Of a stretch of 64,000 nucleotides of DNA, positions 62,753 through 64,000 are shown one piece after another. Position numbers and translations under genes: made by a program. This DNA is from Stegostoma tigrinum (Eukaryota): NCBI RefSeq assembly GCF_030684315.1, contig NC_081374.1, positions 32,896,630 through 32,960,629 on the forward strand. Direction: 5' to 3'. The notes beneath the pieces were generated by a model. It did not search any database and was not told the origin of the DNA. It was given only the letters and a program-made list of their open reading frames with translations. Position 1 is the stretch's first letter. The number at the start of each line of letters is the position of its first letter.

Positions 62753-64000
62753 CTAATCAACCTGCCAGCATTGTAAGTCCTAAAGTGGCAATTTAATGGC
62801 CACTAAAAGAAGTCAATGCATCTTTGCTCGTATTACTTGTCTTCCTGGGATTTGAGACAGAGTTAACTGGCCTGCTGGAATCGGGAGTCTTCTGGAACCC
62901 AGCCTCATGTTCCTAACAGGCTGACTATCACTCCAGTGAAATTTCACAGTGCTGAGGTAGCACCTCAACACTGAATCAGTGATTCTGTTATCAAAAATCT
63001 GAATTTACCATCTTCATGTTCTGTCTTGCTGAGTAGCTATTCTCCAGTTTAATTAAAATAATAGTGCTGTCACGAAAGGGCAAATGGGTTCTCTCATTAA
63101 AACATTTTAAAAAAACTGGTGTTGCCGGCCTCTAGAAATATTAGCATGTTTTCTGTTTTCAGACAACAGCAAAAATGTGCTAATCTACCTGTATAAAAAT
63201 AAGGTTATATTAACTTGACCGAATAGAAGTCATTAGTGAATAAAGTGGGGATACAGCATTGTTGGATGCCTCAGTTCAATATGTCATGGTGGCATTTCAG
63301 ATTCCTCAGCTTTTCTATTATAGATACATCAAACAGATGAACTCTGCCCACAAACAATTATCTTCAAACAGCTGGCTGCACAGCAACATTTGCAGAGTTT
63401 TGGGATCAGATTGTGCAGTATGGATATCCTAAAAAGTGCAGAACTGGGCTGGGTTAGGCTAGTTGGCTAAATATGATGTATTGTAGTTACAAGTCACCTG
63501 TATCTGTAGAGTGGTAAAGTTCTTGATTTGTACTGCTGACTATGGCATGTTAGGTCAAAGAAATTAAGTTATGTTATAAGAGAACAGTTTGGAGCATAAT
63601 TGTTTCTCTAACATTGAAAACTGGGGCAGGTAGATTTCTTAAAAAAAATGCCTAGGCATTGCAAAACACTGTCCAAGGAATTCTAAAATGTTACTTCAAA
63701 ACAGACTATACTTGCATTCTTTTGGGTGCGGATATGCAGTTGTAAAATACTACCCAATACAGACTGTGTTTAAGATTTCTTCTCCTACAACAGTTGATTT
63801 GACACTGCCTGGGGGCAAAATTTTTGCAGATCGGATGATTCGTCAGATTTTTGAAAATGGGAAGCCAAGACTCAGATATGGAAGTCATGCCCCCATTTCC
63901 TGATAGTCCAATATTTTACTGTTTGTGGGTTGTGTTTGGGACATGACTGTTGTGAGGGAAACCTGCATTCGGGCCCATTTGAACTTGGTGCTACGCGTTT

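Noticed and set aside
63688-63903. 71-aa ATG-initiated ORF near the window end
   Set aside because: No recognisable homology or splice context, and the length is within chance expectation.
1-64000. CRISPR arrays, operons or other prokaryotic systems
   Set aside because: There is no regularly spaced repeat-spacer array or gene-dense region, and the sequence is vertebrate non-coding DNA.

Overview
This is non-coding, repeat-rich vertebrate DNA. The repeat set points to an elasmobranch (shark or ray): HE1-type V-SINEs, CR1/HER1-type LINEs, Deu-domain SINE remnants and Penelope-like elements. I found no convincing host protein-coding exon. Every long ORF in the track that I could assign lies in a retroelement, and the T-rich plus strand is compatible with a long intron of a plus-strand gene (inference). 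The most notable signals are: (1) several distinct Penelope-like families whose 3' ends carry minimal hammerhead-ribozyme cores, including a 92-bp hammerhead-only insertion with a perfect 14-bp target-site duplication (TSD) and a TSD-flanked palindrome with a core on each strand; (2) a head-to-head, double-tailed CR1 composite whose unusual junctions recur in a second copy 1.3 kb away; (3) a small two-LTR Gypsy derivative that keeps only a gag remnant; (4) a tRNA-SINE and a LINE that share a 3' tail, with an inverted SINE pair at 50.9-53.1 kb. Family names come from recalled consensus motifs, not database searches, and boundaries of old repeats are approximate.
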